NCBI GenBank assembly: GCA_032161105.1
Contig: JAVHTD010000026.1
DNA length: 39,662 nt
Source: Candidatus Thermosaccharophagus tengchongensis
GTDB taxonomy: Bacteria > Armatimonadota > Fervidibacteria > Fervidibacterales > Thermosaccharophagaceae
Strand: one strand, 5' to 3'
The position numbers were made by a program, and so were the translations under genes. The notes beneath the pieces are model-generated. The model was not told the DNA's origin. It was given only the letters and a program-made list of their open reading frames with translations, and ran no database searches. This document shows positions 18,482 through 27,197 of this stretch, piece after piece (within the stretch, counting starts at the first letter, position 1; every line of letters begins with the position of its first letter).

Positions 18482-19651
18482 TCACCCCCGCTCAGCACTT
18501 TTAGTTGCACACTGCTGCGACAGGGCATAAAACCCGCCACGCTGCCGTATGACGAGTTTCTTAACTTCAAGCTGAAGCAGAGCCATGCTCACATCTGCGA
18601 TTGGCATTTCGGACTCGCGGACAATTTGATCAATGTGCCTTTCACCCTTTGAGAGCACCTCAATGATTTTCAACTCAACGCAGCTTAGACCGGGTAGGGT
18701 TGGAACTCCAAATCTGGCTCCCTCCTCCCTCTCCACCGTGAACTTTGATGCTTTAACTTCCTTCGGCGATATCCCAAGAGCCTCAAACACATCCTCGGCG
18801 CTCTCAACAACCTGCGCACCTTCTTTGATGAGCTGATGGTTGCCTTTGAAATTCGGGTTCGTTATCGGTCCCGGGACTACAAGCACTTCCCTACCCTGCT
18901 CAAGCGCCCAATCGGCGGTTAGCAACGCGCCGCTATCTTGCGGCGCCTCAACGACGATTGTCGCAAGCGTCATGCCACTGATGAGCCTGTTGCGCACCGG
19001 GAAATGCCAGGGCTGCGGGATAGTCCCGAGCGGGAATTCGCTCACGACCGCACCGCTTCCGATTATCCTCTCCCTGAGCTTTGCATGTGCCCTCGGATAG
19101 ATCACATCAACACCGCATCCGAGCACTGCGACTGTTTTTCCACCGGCATCAATTGCGCCCTGATGCGCTGCACCGTCAATCCCAACCGCCATCCCGCTGA
19201 CAACGACAGCGCCGTATGATGAGAGCTCCTGCGCCAACCTATATGCTACTTGTCTGCCGTAGTCAGATGGACGCCTTGTCCCGACAATCGCAACGCACAG
19301 TTCGTCGCTCAGCGGGAGCTCCCCAAGAACATAGAGTGCAATAGGGGCATCGCAGAGCTGACGCAACAGCGCCGGATATCGCTCATCAAAATAGGTCACG
19401 AGCTTTCCATCAATTGAGAGCAAGCGCTGCGCATCAGAAATTGCATTTTCATCAATCCTCGCCCTCCGAAGCTTGCTCAGATGAACATCAGTCACGCCCT
19501 CAATGGCGAGCAAGGCATCCTCATCAGCTCCAAAGATACCCATCGGGGATCCAAAATGGCGGAGCAGCGATAGGAGCCTTTCGGACGATATGCCGCTGCG
19601 CGTCAGCTTAATCCAAGCCACTAACTCATCATCCACACCGCTCAAGCTCAT
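18482..19651 (-). CDS. dprA: DNA-processing protein DprA
   Basis: YPALL, AIVGTR, VSGMAVGIDGAAH, AVLGCG, FPVRNRLISG, VVEA..SGALLTA, C-terminal winged helix. Confidence 0.96.
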   Translation of the reverse strand: MSLSGVDDELVAWIKLTRSGISSERLLSLLRHFGSPMGIFGADEDALLAIEGVTDVHLSKLRRARIDENAISDAQRLLSIDGKLVTYFDERYPALLRQLCDAPIALYVLGELPLSDELCVAIVGTRRPSDYGRQVAYRLAQELSSYGAVVVSGMAVGIDGAAHQGAIDAGGKTVAVLGCGVDVIYPRAHAKLRERIIGSGAVVSEFPLGTIPQPWHFPVRNRLISGMTLATIVVEAPQDSGALLTADWALEQGREVLVVPGPITNPNFKGNHQLIKEGAQVVESAEDVFEALGISPKEVKASKFTVEREEGARFGVPTLPGLSCVELKIIEVLSKGERHIDQIVRESEMPIADVSMALLQLEVKKLVIRQRGGFYALSQQCATKSAERG

Positions 19652-19722
19652 CACCACTGTGGCTCACAATGCATCATTTGCCAACTTATGCACAAGACCA
19701 TAGCGCCGTGTGATGGGCACCT

Positions 19723-20280
19723 TTAACTGCCCTGCTCACCCGCCACCTTTCCGTGTTCCTCGGGCGGTTGAAGTGCCTGTTCGGGTTGCGAAGGTAGCGG
19801 CTTCGCTTCCATGATGACTTCACTTACGCCCTCGGCAAACTCACCACGAGCAGCTGCGAGTGCTCGTATCACAAACTCCTGATACTCCCTGTAGTGTCTT
19901 CTGAGCGCCTCTTCAAGATCGCTCATCTGCTTTCTGACCTGGCGCAACTGTTGCTCGCGCTCATTAACCAAGCGGCGCAGGATATCCTCATGGCGGTATC
20001 CGACAACCCAAACGATGAGCAGCGTTAAAGCGATGGAAACAAGTGCCGGAAGACAAACCATCTCATAGACATGCGCTGTTAGCGTGTAGTATCCATCGTT
20101 AATGAATGGCGGACCGAGAACGGCAAACTCAACCATGTGCCCTTCAACGACACCGATGGGAAACTGCGAGTTGAGGTAAGCGAAGTAAGCGATGTAAAAG
20201 ACCGCACCAAGGCAAATCAACGCCACAATCAACCTAAACAAAATCCCAAACATCCTTCCCACCCATCTTAACACCTCCAC
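19723..20280 (-). CDS. Hypothetical membrane protein: two TM helices plus cytoplasmic coiled coil (LapA-like topology)
   Basis: SD GGGGTGAG before GTG; TM1 ends FAYLN, TM2 LPALVSIALTLLIVWVVG, then heptad-rich REQQLRQVRKQMSDLEEAL. Confidence 0.75.
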   Translation of the reverse strand: MEVLRWVGRMFGILFRLIVALICLGAVFYIAYFAYLNSQFPIGVVEGHMVEFAVLGPPFINDGYYTLTAHVYEMVCLPALVSIALTLLIVWVVGYRHEDILRRLVNEREQQLRQVRKQMSDLEEALRRHYREYQEFVIRALAAARGEFAEGVSEVIMEAKPLPSQPEQALQPPEEHGKVAGEQGS

Positions 20281-20341
20281 TTAAACTCACCCCTTGCTCC
20301 TTTAATCCTTAGGCGAGCTTGAGCTGCAGCACGCTTTAACC

Positions 20342-22009
20342 TCAGTCTCCGCCCGGCGGGGCATAACCTTCCGGAGCAGTCGGTGCACCAACTGCTGGCT
20401 TTGCCACTGGCGGTTCGGGCAGCGGCAGAGCGTTATTAACCCGGAAGCGCAACCTATACCTTCCCACATTGCCGGCATAATCCCTTGCGCTTACTACCAC
20501 GAGATATTCACCGTCAGGCAATGCCCTCCTTGCAGCCTTCCCCGTGGGCACATGTATGTTGAGCGTCAAGGTTCCCTTTTCCTCATCAAACTCAAGCGGC
20601 AACTGTGGCAAGCGAGTGCAAGTCGCCTGAAAGCCAGTTGGGTCTACCCCGGAGCCGGCATCGGCAAGGTTGACAATGAGCCTTATCGGGGGGTAACCGG
20701 GAATTTGGACTGGCTTGACATCTCCATCCGCCTTCAGCTCGTCAACCCTGTAAAGGACGAAATAGTTCGGGTCTCTTGAGGGCACACGCAAAGACGCCGA
20801 AACAAGTGTCGGCGGATGCGTATCAATGAAGTTGCTCGCAAAGGCATACAAGCTCCCATCGCTTGATGTTACATAGACACCATCGCTTGTGACCGTTGGC
20901 GGTGAGTATATCCTGAGCGCCTTTTGATCGAGCGGGTTTTCATCACCGAGTTTAAACCTCCAAAGGACCTTCCCATCGCTTGCGCTTAGTGCATATAGGA
21001 CACCGCCCGCCGCAGACACCCAAACAAGTTCGGAACTCGCTGAGACGCCGGAATAAACTCGCTGACCAAGCTTCCTCTGCCACACTTCCTTACCTTCCTG
21101 AATGTTGATGGCATGCACAACTCCATCCCTTGTGGCAATGTAAACCACATCCCCTTTCAGCGCCGGCGCTCCAACGCTTATCCCGGAGAGCGGCACCTGT
21201 CTGGTCACCTTGCGCCAACGGACATCGTAGTAGCAAAGTGAGCGCCCAACACCCACATAAACAAACGGGCTTCTCGCAATCGGCTGTGTCGGTGAGCTAC
21301 CGACTCCGAGCGGCGAGTTGGCGAGGACATCAATTTTGAACCCCTTATCAGTTTTGCTCAAGCCGACGATGAGCATCCTTCTGCCACTTGTCACCATAGC
21401 GAGCCAGTCACCGCTCATTGCGGGCACGCTCGCTATGCTTGTCGGCAACTTCGCTGTGACGGCTTCCTCACCATGGGCAGCATCAAGCATGTGAACTGTG
21501 CCAGTGTGCGTCACCACGAGGATGTGCTCACCGATGCTGATCGGCGGGATGCTAATTCCAGCCTCAGCCCTAAATGTCCATTCAAGTGTTCCGGACTTCG
21601 CCTTCAGCGCGATTACATGCCCACCACCAGTAGCTGCAACGACCAAATCATCAACAAGCGCCAGTGAACATGCTATTGTCTGTGGCGCATCATACGCCCA
21701 CATCATGCGTCCCAACTCGGAGTTAAGTGCATATACCGTCCTACCGCACGCGTAATAGACATTCTCGCCATCTGTAACCGGCGAAATGGCATGTTGGCGA
21801 GCGACTATGTCCGGTTGGAACTTCCACTTTAGGATGAGCGGGAGTTGGATGACGGCATCACTTGACCCAGAGCCATCCGGCGTCCCACGAAACAGCAGCC
21901 ACTTAGTTGACTCAGCGCAGATCCCGAAGGGGCAAACGATTGTAACTGCAATCAGCATGAGCAAAAGCACCACAGGCGGCATATGGAGAGCACCATAACG
22001 ATTGTCCAT
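20342..22009 (-). CDS. Secreted PQQ-like beta-propeller repeat protein (BamB-like) with C-terminal Ig-like domain and Pro-rich tail
   Basis: Signal peptide; W..FRG; repeated YAL/HAI..G...W blades; C-terminal DTHPP, DAGSGVD, LPDGEY..VSARDYAGN; SD AGGAGGTG before ATG 22009. Confidence 0.85.
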   Translation of the reverse strand: MDNRYGALHMPPVVLLLMLIAVTIVCPFGICAESTKWLLFRGTPDGSGSSDAVIQLPLILKWKFQPDIVARQHAISPVTDGENVYYACGRTVYALNSELGRMMWAYDAPQTIACSLALVDDLVVAATGGGHVIALKAKSGTLEWTFRAEAGISIPPISIGEHILVVTHTGTVHMLDAAHGEEAVTAKLPTSIASVPAMSGDWLAMVTSGRRMLIVGLSKTDKGFKIDVLANSPLGVGSSPTQPIARSPFVYVGVGRSLCYYDVRWRKVTRQVPLSGISVGAPALKGDVVYIATRDGVVHAINIQEGKEVWQRKLGQRVYSGVSASSELVWVSAAGGVLYALSASDGKVLWRFKLGDENPLDQKALRIYSPPTVTSDGVYVTSSDGSLYAFASNFIDTHPPTLVSASLRVPSRDPNYFVLYRVDELKADGDVKPVQIPGYPPIRLIVNLADAGSGVDPTGFQATCTRLPQLPLEFDEEKGTLTLNIHVPTGKAARRALPDGEYLVVVSARDYAGNVGRYRLRFRVNNALPLPEPPVAKPAVGAPTAPEGYAPPGGD

Positions 22010-22041
22010 CACATGCACCTCCTAACAAACTCAGCGGTTGC

Positions 22042-23574
22042 TCAAACGAAAAGCTCCCTGTCAAGCGTGCGGTAGTGTATCGCCTCCGCAATGTGCTCTT
22101 CCCTTATCAGCTCGGAGCCGGCTAAGTCGGCAATTGTGCGAGCCACTTTAAGTATGCGGTCGCTTGCCCTCGCGCTGAAGCCCAATGAGTCAATCGCAGC
22201 TCGCAATATGTCCCTTGCCCCATCGGTCATGACGCAGAATTTGCGCATGTGCTTTTGCTGCATATGCGCATTGCAATATATGCCAGTCCCGGAAAAACGC
22301 TCAAGCTGCATTTGCCGAGCCCTCATGACGCGCTCACGAATTTGAGTTGAAGTCTCCGACGGTGTTGATTCAAGTATCTCATCCGGGCGAAGCCTCGGCA
22401 CCTCTATGTGCATGTCAATTCGGTCAAGCAACGGACCGGAGATGCGCATCCTGTAGCGTCTTATCTGACTCTCGGTGCATGTGCATTGCCTTGTCATATC
22501 CGTAGCGTATCCGCAAGGACATGGATTCATCGCCGCAATAAGCGTGAAGCGAGCCGGGAAGGTGACAGTGTGTGCAGCGCGCGCTATCGTCACAACGCCA
22601 TCCTCAAGCGGTTGCCTCAAAACCTCAAGCGTGTCCCTGTGGAACTCCGGCAACTCGTCAAGGAACAAAACACCGTTATGCGCCAGGCTGACCTCACCCG
22701 GCTTCGGTATTGAACCGCCACCGATTAACCCGGCGTTTGAGATTGTGTGATGCGGCGCTCTAAACGGGCGCACGGTGACCAGAGCCTTATCCCTCGGAAG
22801 CAAACCGGCAACGCTGTAAATCTTTGTGACCTCAAGCGCCTCCTCAATGCTCATTGGCGGAAGTATGGTCGGAAGACGCCTTGCGAGCATCGTCTTGCCC
22901 GACCCCGGAGGTCCTATCATGAGCACATTGTGTCCGCCGGCTGCCGCTATCTCAAGGGCACGCTTCGCCTGCTCCTGTCCCTTCACCTCGCTAAAGTCAA
23001 CTTCATACTCAGCGACTGCTATCTGCTCGTCAATCCCTCCCTTTGCGCATGGTTCAAACGAATCCGGCTTGGAGATTATGCTTGCAGCTTCGTGAAGTGA
23101 CTTGACTCCATAAACATCAATTTCTGCGACGACGGCAGCTTCACGAGCATTTTGCACCGGGACTATGAGCGCCTTCTTTCCCGCATCCCTTGCCCCGAGC
23201 GCTATCGGCAGGACACCATTAACAGGTCGGACGCTGCCGTCAAGCGACAGCTCACCGACGATTATGAACTCCTCCAACGAGCGCACTTCCACTTGCCCGC
23301 TTGCCATCAGGATGCCGAGCGCAATCGGGAGGTCAAATGCAGCTCCCTCTTTTTTCGTGTCGGCTGGCGCGAGGTTTATCGTTATCGGGCGCCTCGGAAG
23401 CTCATACTGTGAATTGCGTATGGCTGAGCGAATGCGCTCTATGCTCTCCTGAACTGCTCTGTCCGGCAAACCAACTATGCGCATGCTCGGCATGCCTTGA
23501 AGTATATCCACCTCAACTTGCACAATGTATGCGTCAATGCCGAACAGCGCTGCGCTCTGTAACCTTGCCAGCAT
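22042..23574 (-). CDS. comM: YifB/ComM family AAA+ ATPase (Mg-chelatase-like branch-migration helicase)
   Basis: VGLPD.AV.ES.ER, INLAPAD, FDLPIA, GPPGSGKT, PFRAPHH, PGEVSLAHNGVLFLDE, AMNPCPCG, SGPLLDRID. Confidence 0.95.
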   Translation of the reverse strand: MLARLQSAALFGIDAYIVQVEVDILQGMPSMRIVGLPDRAVQESIERIRSAIRNSQYELPRRPITINLAPADTKKEGAAFDLPIALGILMASGQVEVRSLEEFIIVGELSLDGSVRPVNGVLPIALGARDAGKKALIVPVQNAREAAVVAEIDVYGVKSLHEAASIISKPDSFEPCAKGGIDEQIAVAEYEVDFSEVKGQEQAKRALEIAAAGGHNVLMIGPPGSGKTMLARRLPTILPPMSIEEALEVTKIYSVAGLLPRDKALVTVRPFRAPHHTISNAGLIGGGSIPKPGEVSLAHNGVLFLDELPEFHRDTLEVLRQPLEDGVVTIARAAHTVTFPARFTLIAAMNPCPCGYATDMTRQCTCTESQIRRYRMRISGPLLDRIDMHIEVPRLRPDEILESTPSETSTQIRERVMRARQMQLERFSGTGIYCNAHMQQKHMRKFCVMTDGARDILRAAIDSLGFSARASDRILKVARTIADLAGSELIREEHIAEAIHYRTLDRELFV

Positions 23575-23672
23575 TGCCCTCAACCTCAGCACCCTTGCAG
23601 CTGGCTTACATCAATCATCAGTATGGCTGTGCTCCCAAAATTTTGTCAATCATGCAGGGGAACATCAGTCAC

Positions 23673-23791
23673 TCAGATGCCCGCAAAAGCTCGCCACAAT
23701 GTGTCCAATGGCGCATCTGAAAAACGGCTCCACTCACGAAGCCACAGGGATGGCTGAACCAGCCAGAAGCCGAATGAACGCCTTCAGCCAT
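23673..23791. repeat. Two tandem inverted repeats in the divergent intergenic region upstream of comM
   Basis: TCAGATGC (23673-80)/GCATCTGA (23713-20) and ATGGCTGAA (23750-58)/TTCAGCCAT (23783-91). Confidence 0.5.
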
Positions 23792-23918
23792 AAAGCCGCT
23801 TTGATAACTCACCCGCATCATCCCGCCGGCAATGTAGCTCAGGCTGCGAAGGTGTGTGATACTTTAAGTGTAAGTCGCAACTGTGCGTTCACTTCACAAA
23901 AAGGGCTGTGATGCTGAC

Positions 23919-24779
23919 ATGTCAGTTTCAATGCACCTTCCGAGGGAAGCCATTGATGTTGTGTGGCGCTTCTTTGACGCTGTGATTGAGGATGACACTT
24001 TGGCGCTCGCAAGCCTGCTTGTTCCAAACAGCGATGCAGCGCTAATGCGGGAGCTCTTTGGAACGCCAGCCCTAATAGCTGCCTCCGGCATGCTGCGCGG
24101 TCCGTGCATCATACGCATTGGGAGACTGCTTTCCCTTGAAGGTTGCATATGGCTTGAGGGCGAACAGGTGAGCTCAGAGAGCGGTGAGACGGTCGGCTAT
24201 GTTGTGTTTCGCGTTGAGCCATTTGGTGACAGGTGGCGCATAAGTGAGATACTGCCGTGGCGCTTGGAAGCCGTCCATTACATAGCTGAGCGCCCAGACC
24301 CGATGACGGATAACTCCGTTGCCATCATGTTGCTCTCAGTCGGGCTCTCAATTTCGCCATCGGCACATCTTGATGCAGTTGAACAGAGACTCGTTGAGAC
24401 GATGCGCAATGACCATTACCCTGTGACGGTGATAACTCGCGCCGTGCGCATGTGGCGAGATTTCAAAAATGTGAGCGATGTTGGAACGCATTCAGAGGGT
24501 GCATGGGCTGCGGCGATACAGAGAGCCACCACATTGCTTTGCCTGCTTGATGAGCCAATTGAGCAATTTGCGCTCGCATACGGTGTTGAAGTCAGTGAGG
24601 CAAGGAGGGCATACAACGAGCTCATAAACACACTCGGCATAACCTACTTTGATGAGCGCTACTCACCCATACCCGACCCCAATGAGCTTATAAGGCACGC
24701 AAAGCGCATGGGAGCTATGGAGGATGTGGAGTTGATGGAACACGAAATGCTCCCAGAAGAGCCAGAGGACATGGCATGA
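23919..24779 (+). CDS. Hypothetical protein: NTF2-like N-terminal domain plus TFIIB/cyclin-like helical C-terminal domain
   Basis: N-term VVWRFFDAVIEDD...ASLL and VFRVEPFGDRWRISEI; C-term RAVRMWRDF...AWAAAI...FALAYGV...YNELINTLGITYFDERYS; acidic tail. CDS is solid; fold calls are by eye. Confidence 0.7.
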   Translation: MSVSMHLPREAIDVVWRFFDAVIEDDTLALASLLVPNSDAALMRELFGTPALIAASGMLRGPCIIRIGRLLSLEGCIWLEGEQVSSESGETVGYVVFRVEPFGDRWRISEILPWRLEAVHYIAERPDPMTDNSVAIMLLSVGLSISPSAHLDAVEQRLVETMRNDHYPVTVITRAVRMWRDFKNVSDVGTHSEGAWAAAIQRATTLLCLLDEPIEQFALAYGVEVSEARRAYNELINTLGITYFDERYSPIPDPNELIRHAKRMGAMEDVELMEHEMLPEEPEDMA

Positions 24780-24893
24780 GTTGATGTGACAGCGCATTCA
24801 TCCCCAATGAGTGTCAGCATGGCAGACGCAACCTAAATTGATGGCGTCACTTCATGGCGCTCATAAGCAGCTCACCTGCGAGGTGTGCGCAGG

Positions 24894-27188
24894 ATGTCGG
24901 ACATGCTACAGAAGGCAATCGCGCTTGGGTTGAGCGAGGAGGAATACAGGCTCATCATTGAGCGAATTGGGAGGGAGCCAACTGATACCGAACTTGCCAT
25001 GTTCTCCGTTGAGTGGTCGGAGCATTGCGGCTACTTGCGCTCAAGGAAGCACTTGCGCGTGTTTCCGAAGGTGGGCAAGTATCGCTCCATCTCCGGGAGT
25101 GATGCCGGGGGGATTGAGATTGAGCCCGGTCTTTGGGTCATCTTCAAGATGGAGAGCCACAATCACCCATCGCAAATTGAGCCGAAACAGGGCGCTGCAA
25201 CTGGCATCGGTGGTATCGTCAGGGACATACTCGCAACGGGCGCACGACCTATAGCACTTGTTGACTCGCTGCGCTTTGGCGAACCAAGCTCAGCTAAGGC
25301 GAGATATATCTTCTCCGGCGTGGTTGATGGGATTCAGTGGTATGGGAATTGCATCGGCGTCCCGACGGTTGCCGGTGAAGTTTACTTCAATGACTGCTAC
25401 CGCACAAATTGCATCGTTGGAGTGATGTGCGTTGGCATAGTCAGGCAAGAGCACATGATGAGCAGCGCCGCAAGCGGCGTTGGAAATGCCGTCATCTATG
25501 TCGGCAACCCGACTGGCAGGGATGGGATTGGCGGATGCAGCATATTGGCATCGCACGAGCTGAGAGAGGAATTAAGCATGCGCCCAACGGTGCAACTTGG
25601 AGACCCATTCACTGAGAAGTGCTTGATTGAGGCGTGCCTTGAAGCCTACAGGAGTGGCGCAGTCGTTGCCGTGAAGGACATGGGGGCGGCTGGTCTAACA
25701 TGCACAACTTCCGAGATGTCGGCAGCAGGTGGCGTTGGCATGCGGATTGACCTGAGGATGGTTCCGAAAAGGGAAAGCGGAATGGATGCGTGGGAAGTAA
25801 TGATGTCAGAGTCACAGGAGCGCATGCTGCTCGTAGTTGAGAGGGGCAGGGAAGATGAGGTGCTTTCCATCTTTCGGAAGTGGGGATTGAACGCCGTCGT
25901 GATAGGCGAGGTCACGGATGACGGCATGGTAACAGTTTGCGATGGCGAGCGAATCTGCGCGATGGTGAGGGCAAAAGACCTCGCCGAACCCCCGGAGTAT
26001 GACTTGCCGATGGAGCAGCCGAGCGGTCTTGAAGCACTGTGGGCATTTGATATCGCCAGCTTGGCAGAGCCAAATGACCTCAGCGTTGTAGCCAAGCTGC
26101 TTCTCACATCCCCAAACATAGCCTCAAAGAGGTGGGTATACGAGCAGTATGACCATACCGTTCAAACGAACACAGTGGTTGCGCCCGGTGAAGCTGATGC
26201 GGCAGTTTTACGCATCAAGCCCGAGATGGGCATATTCACGCTGTCGGATCGCGATGAGTTGCAGCCGCTAAAGAGGGGCATAGCTGTGACAGCCGATTGC
26301 AATAGCCTGTATTGCTACCTTGATCCATACTTGGGCGCGCAAATCGCAGTTGCCGAAGCCGCAAGGAACTTAGTCTGCGTTGGCGCAGAGCCAGCTGCAG
26401 TTACAGATTGCCTCTGCTTTGGCAACCCGGACCGAAAGGACAGGTTCTGGCAGTTCGTCAATTCCGTCAGGGGCATTGCCGATGCGTGCTCCTTCTTTGA
26501 ACTGCCGGTCGTGTCCGGGAATGTGAGCTTCTACAACGAGAGCGAGGAAGCCGTCATCCACCCAACGCCGCTCATAGGCATGGTCGGGGTTATTGAGGAT
26601 ATTAGCAAGCATGTGACGATGTCATTCAAGGGTGAGGGCGATGTCATCATCTTACTCGGGCTTTGCAGGGATGAGCTTGGCGGGAGCGAATACCTGAGAT
26701 TCGTTCACGGAATTGAGGCTGGAAGACCACCGCAGCTTGACCTTAACCTTGAGCGCTCCGTGCAACGCACAGCGCTTGAGGCTATACGAAGCAGCTTGGT
26801 CAGATCAGCACACGACTGCTCCGAAGGCGGGCTTTTTGTCTGCCTCGCCGAATGCTGCATAGCGGGCAACATCGGGGCACATGTAATTCTCTCACGCAAC
26901 TGCATCGCTGGCGAGCGCATGCGCATGGATGCGCTTTTATTTGGCGAGTCGCAATCACGCATCGTTCTATCGGTGCCACCTAACTCGGTCAGCCATCTCC
27001 TTGAGCTCGCAAAGAAGCATGGATGCCCAGCTGCAATCATAGGCACCGTATGTGGGAGTCATTTAACGATTGAGTGGCAAGATGACGATGGCAGTGTGAA
27101 GACGCTCGTCAGCTTGCCCGTCTGTGAGATGCAAAGTCTCTACGAGGGCGCTATACCGAAGCTGCTTGAGGCTGGCATAGCCGAGTGA
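24894..27188 (+). CDS. purL: Phosphoribosylformylglycinamidine synthase subunit PurL (small type)
   Basis: WSEHC, KMESHNHPS, GAATGIGGIVRD, GRDGIGG, DMGAAGL, SESQERM, SKRWVYEQYD, GNVSFYN, HDCSEGG, LFGESQSR. Confidence 0.97.
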   Translation: MSDMLQKAIALGLSEEEYRLIIERIGREPTDTELAMFSVEWSEHCGYLRSRKHLRVFPKVGKYRSISGSDAGGIEIEPGLWVIFKMESHNHPSQIEPKQGAATGIGGIVRDILATGARPIALVDSLRFGEPSSAKARYIFSGVVDGIQWYGNCIGVPTVAGEVYFNDCYRTNCIVGVMCVGIVRQEHMMSSAASGVGNAVIYVGNPTGRDGIGGCSILASHELREELSMRPTVQLGDPFTEKCLIEACLEAYRSGAVVAVKDMGAAGLTCTTSEMSAAGGVGMRIDLRMVPKRESGMDAWEVMMSESQERMLLVVERGREDEVLSIFRKWGLNAVVIGEVTDDGMVTVCDGERICAMVRAKDLAEPPEYDLPMEQPSGLEALWAFDIASLAEPNDLSVVAKLLLTSPNIASKRWVYEQYDHTVQTNTVVAPGEADAAVLRIKPEMGIFTLSDRDELQPLKRGIAVTADCNSLYCYLDPYLGAQIAVAEAARNLVCVGAEPAAVTDCLCFGNPDRKDRFWQFVNSVRGIADACSFFELPVVSGNVSFYNESEEAVIHPTPLIGMVGVIEDISKHVTMSFKGEGDVIILLGLCRDELGGSEYLRFVHGIEAGRPPQLDLNLERSVQRTALEAIRSSLVRSAHDCSEGGLFVCLAECCIAGNIGAHVILSRNCIAGERMRMDALLFGESQSRIVLSVPPNSVSHLLELAKKHGCPAAIIGTVCGSHLTIEWQDDDGSVKTLVSLPVCEMQSLYEGAIPKLLEAGIAE

Positions 27189-27197
27189 ATGGGCACA

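Noticed and set aside
23575..23918. Expected yraN gene upstream of comM
   Set aside because: No suitable minus-strand ORF or nuclease motif
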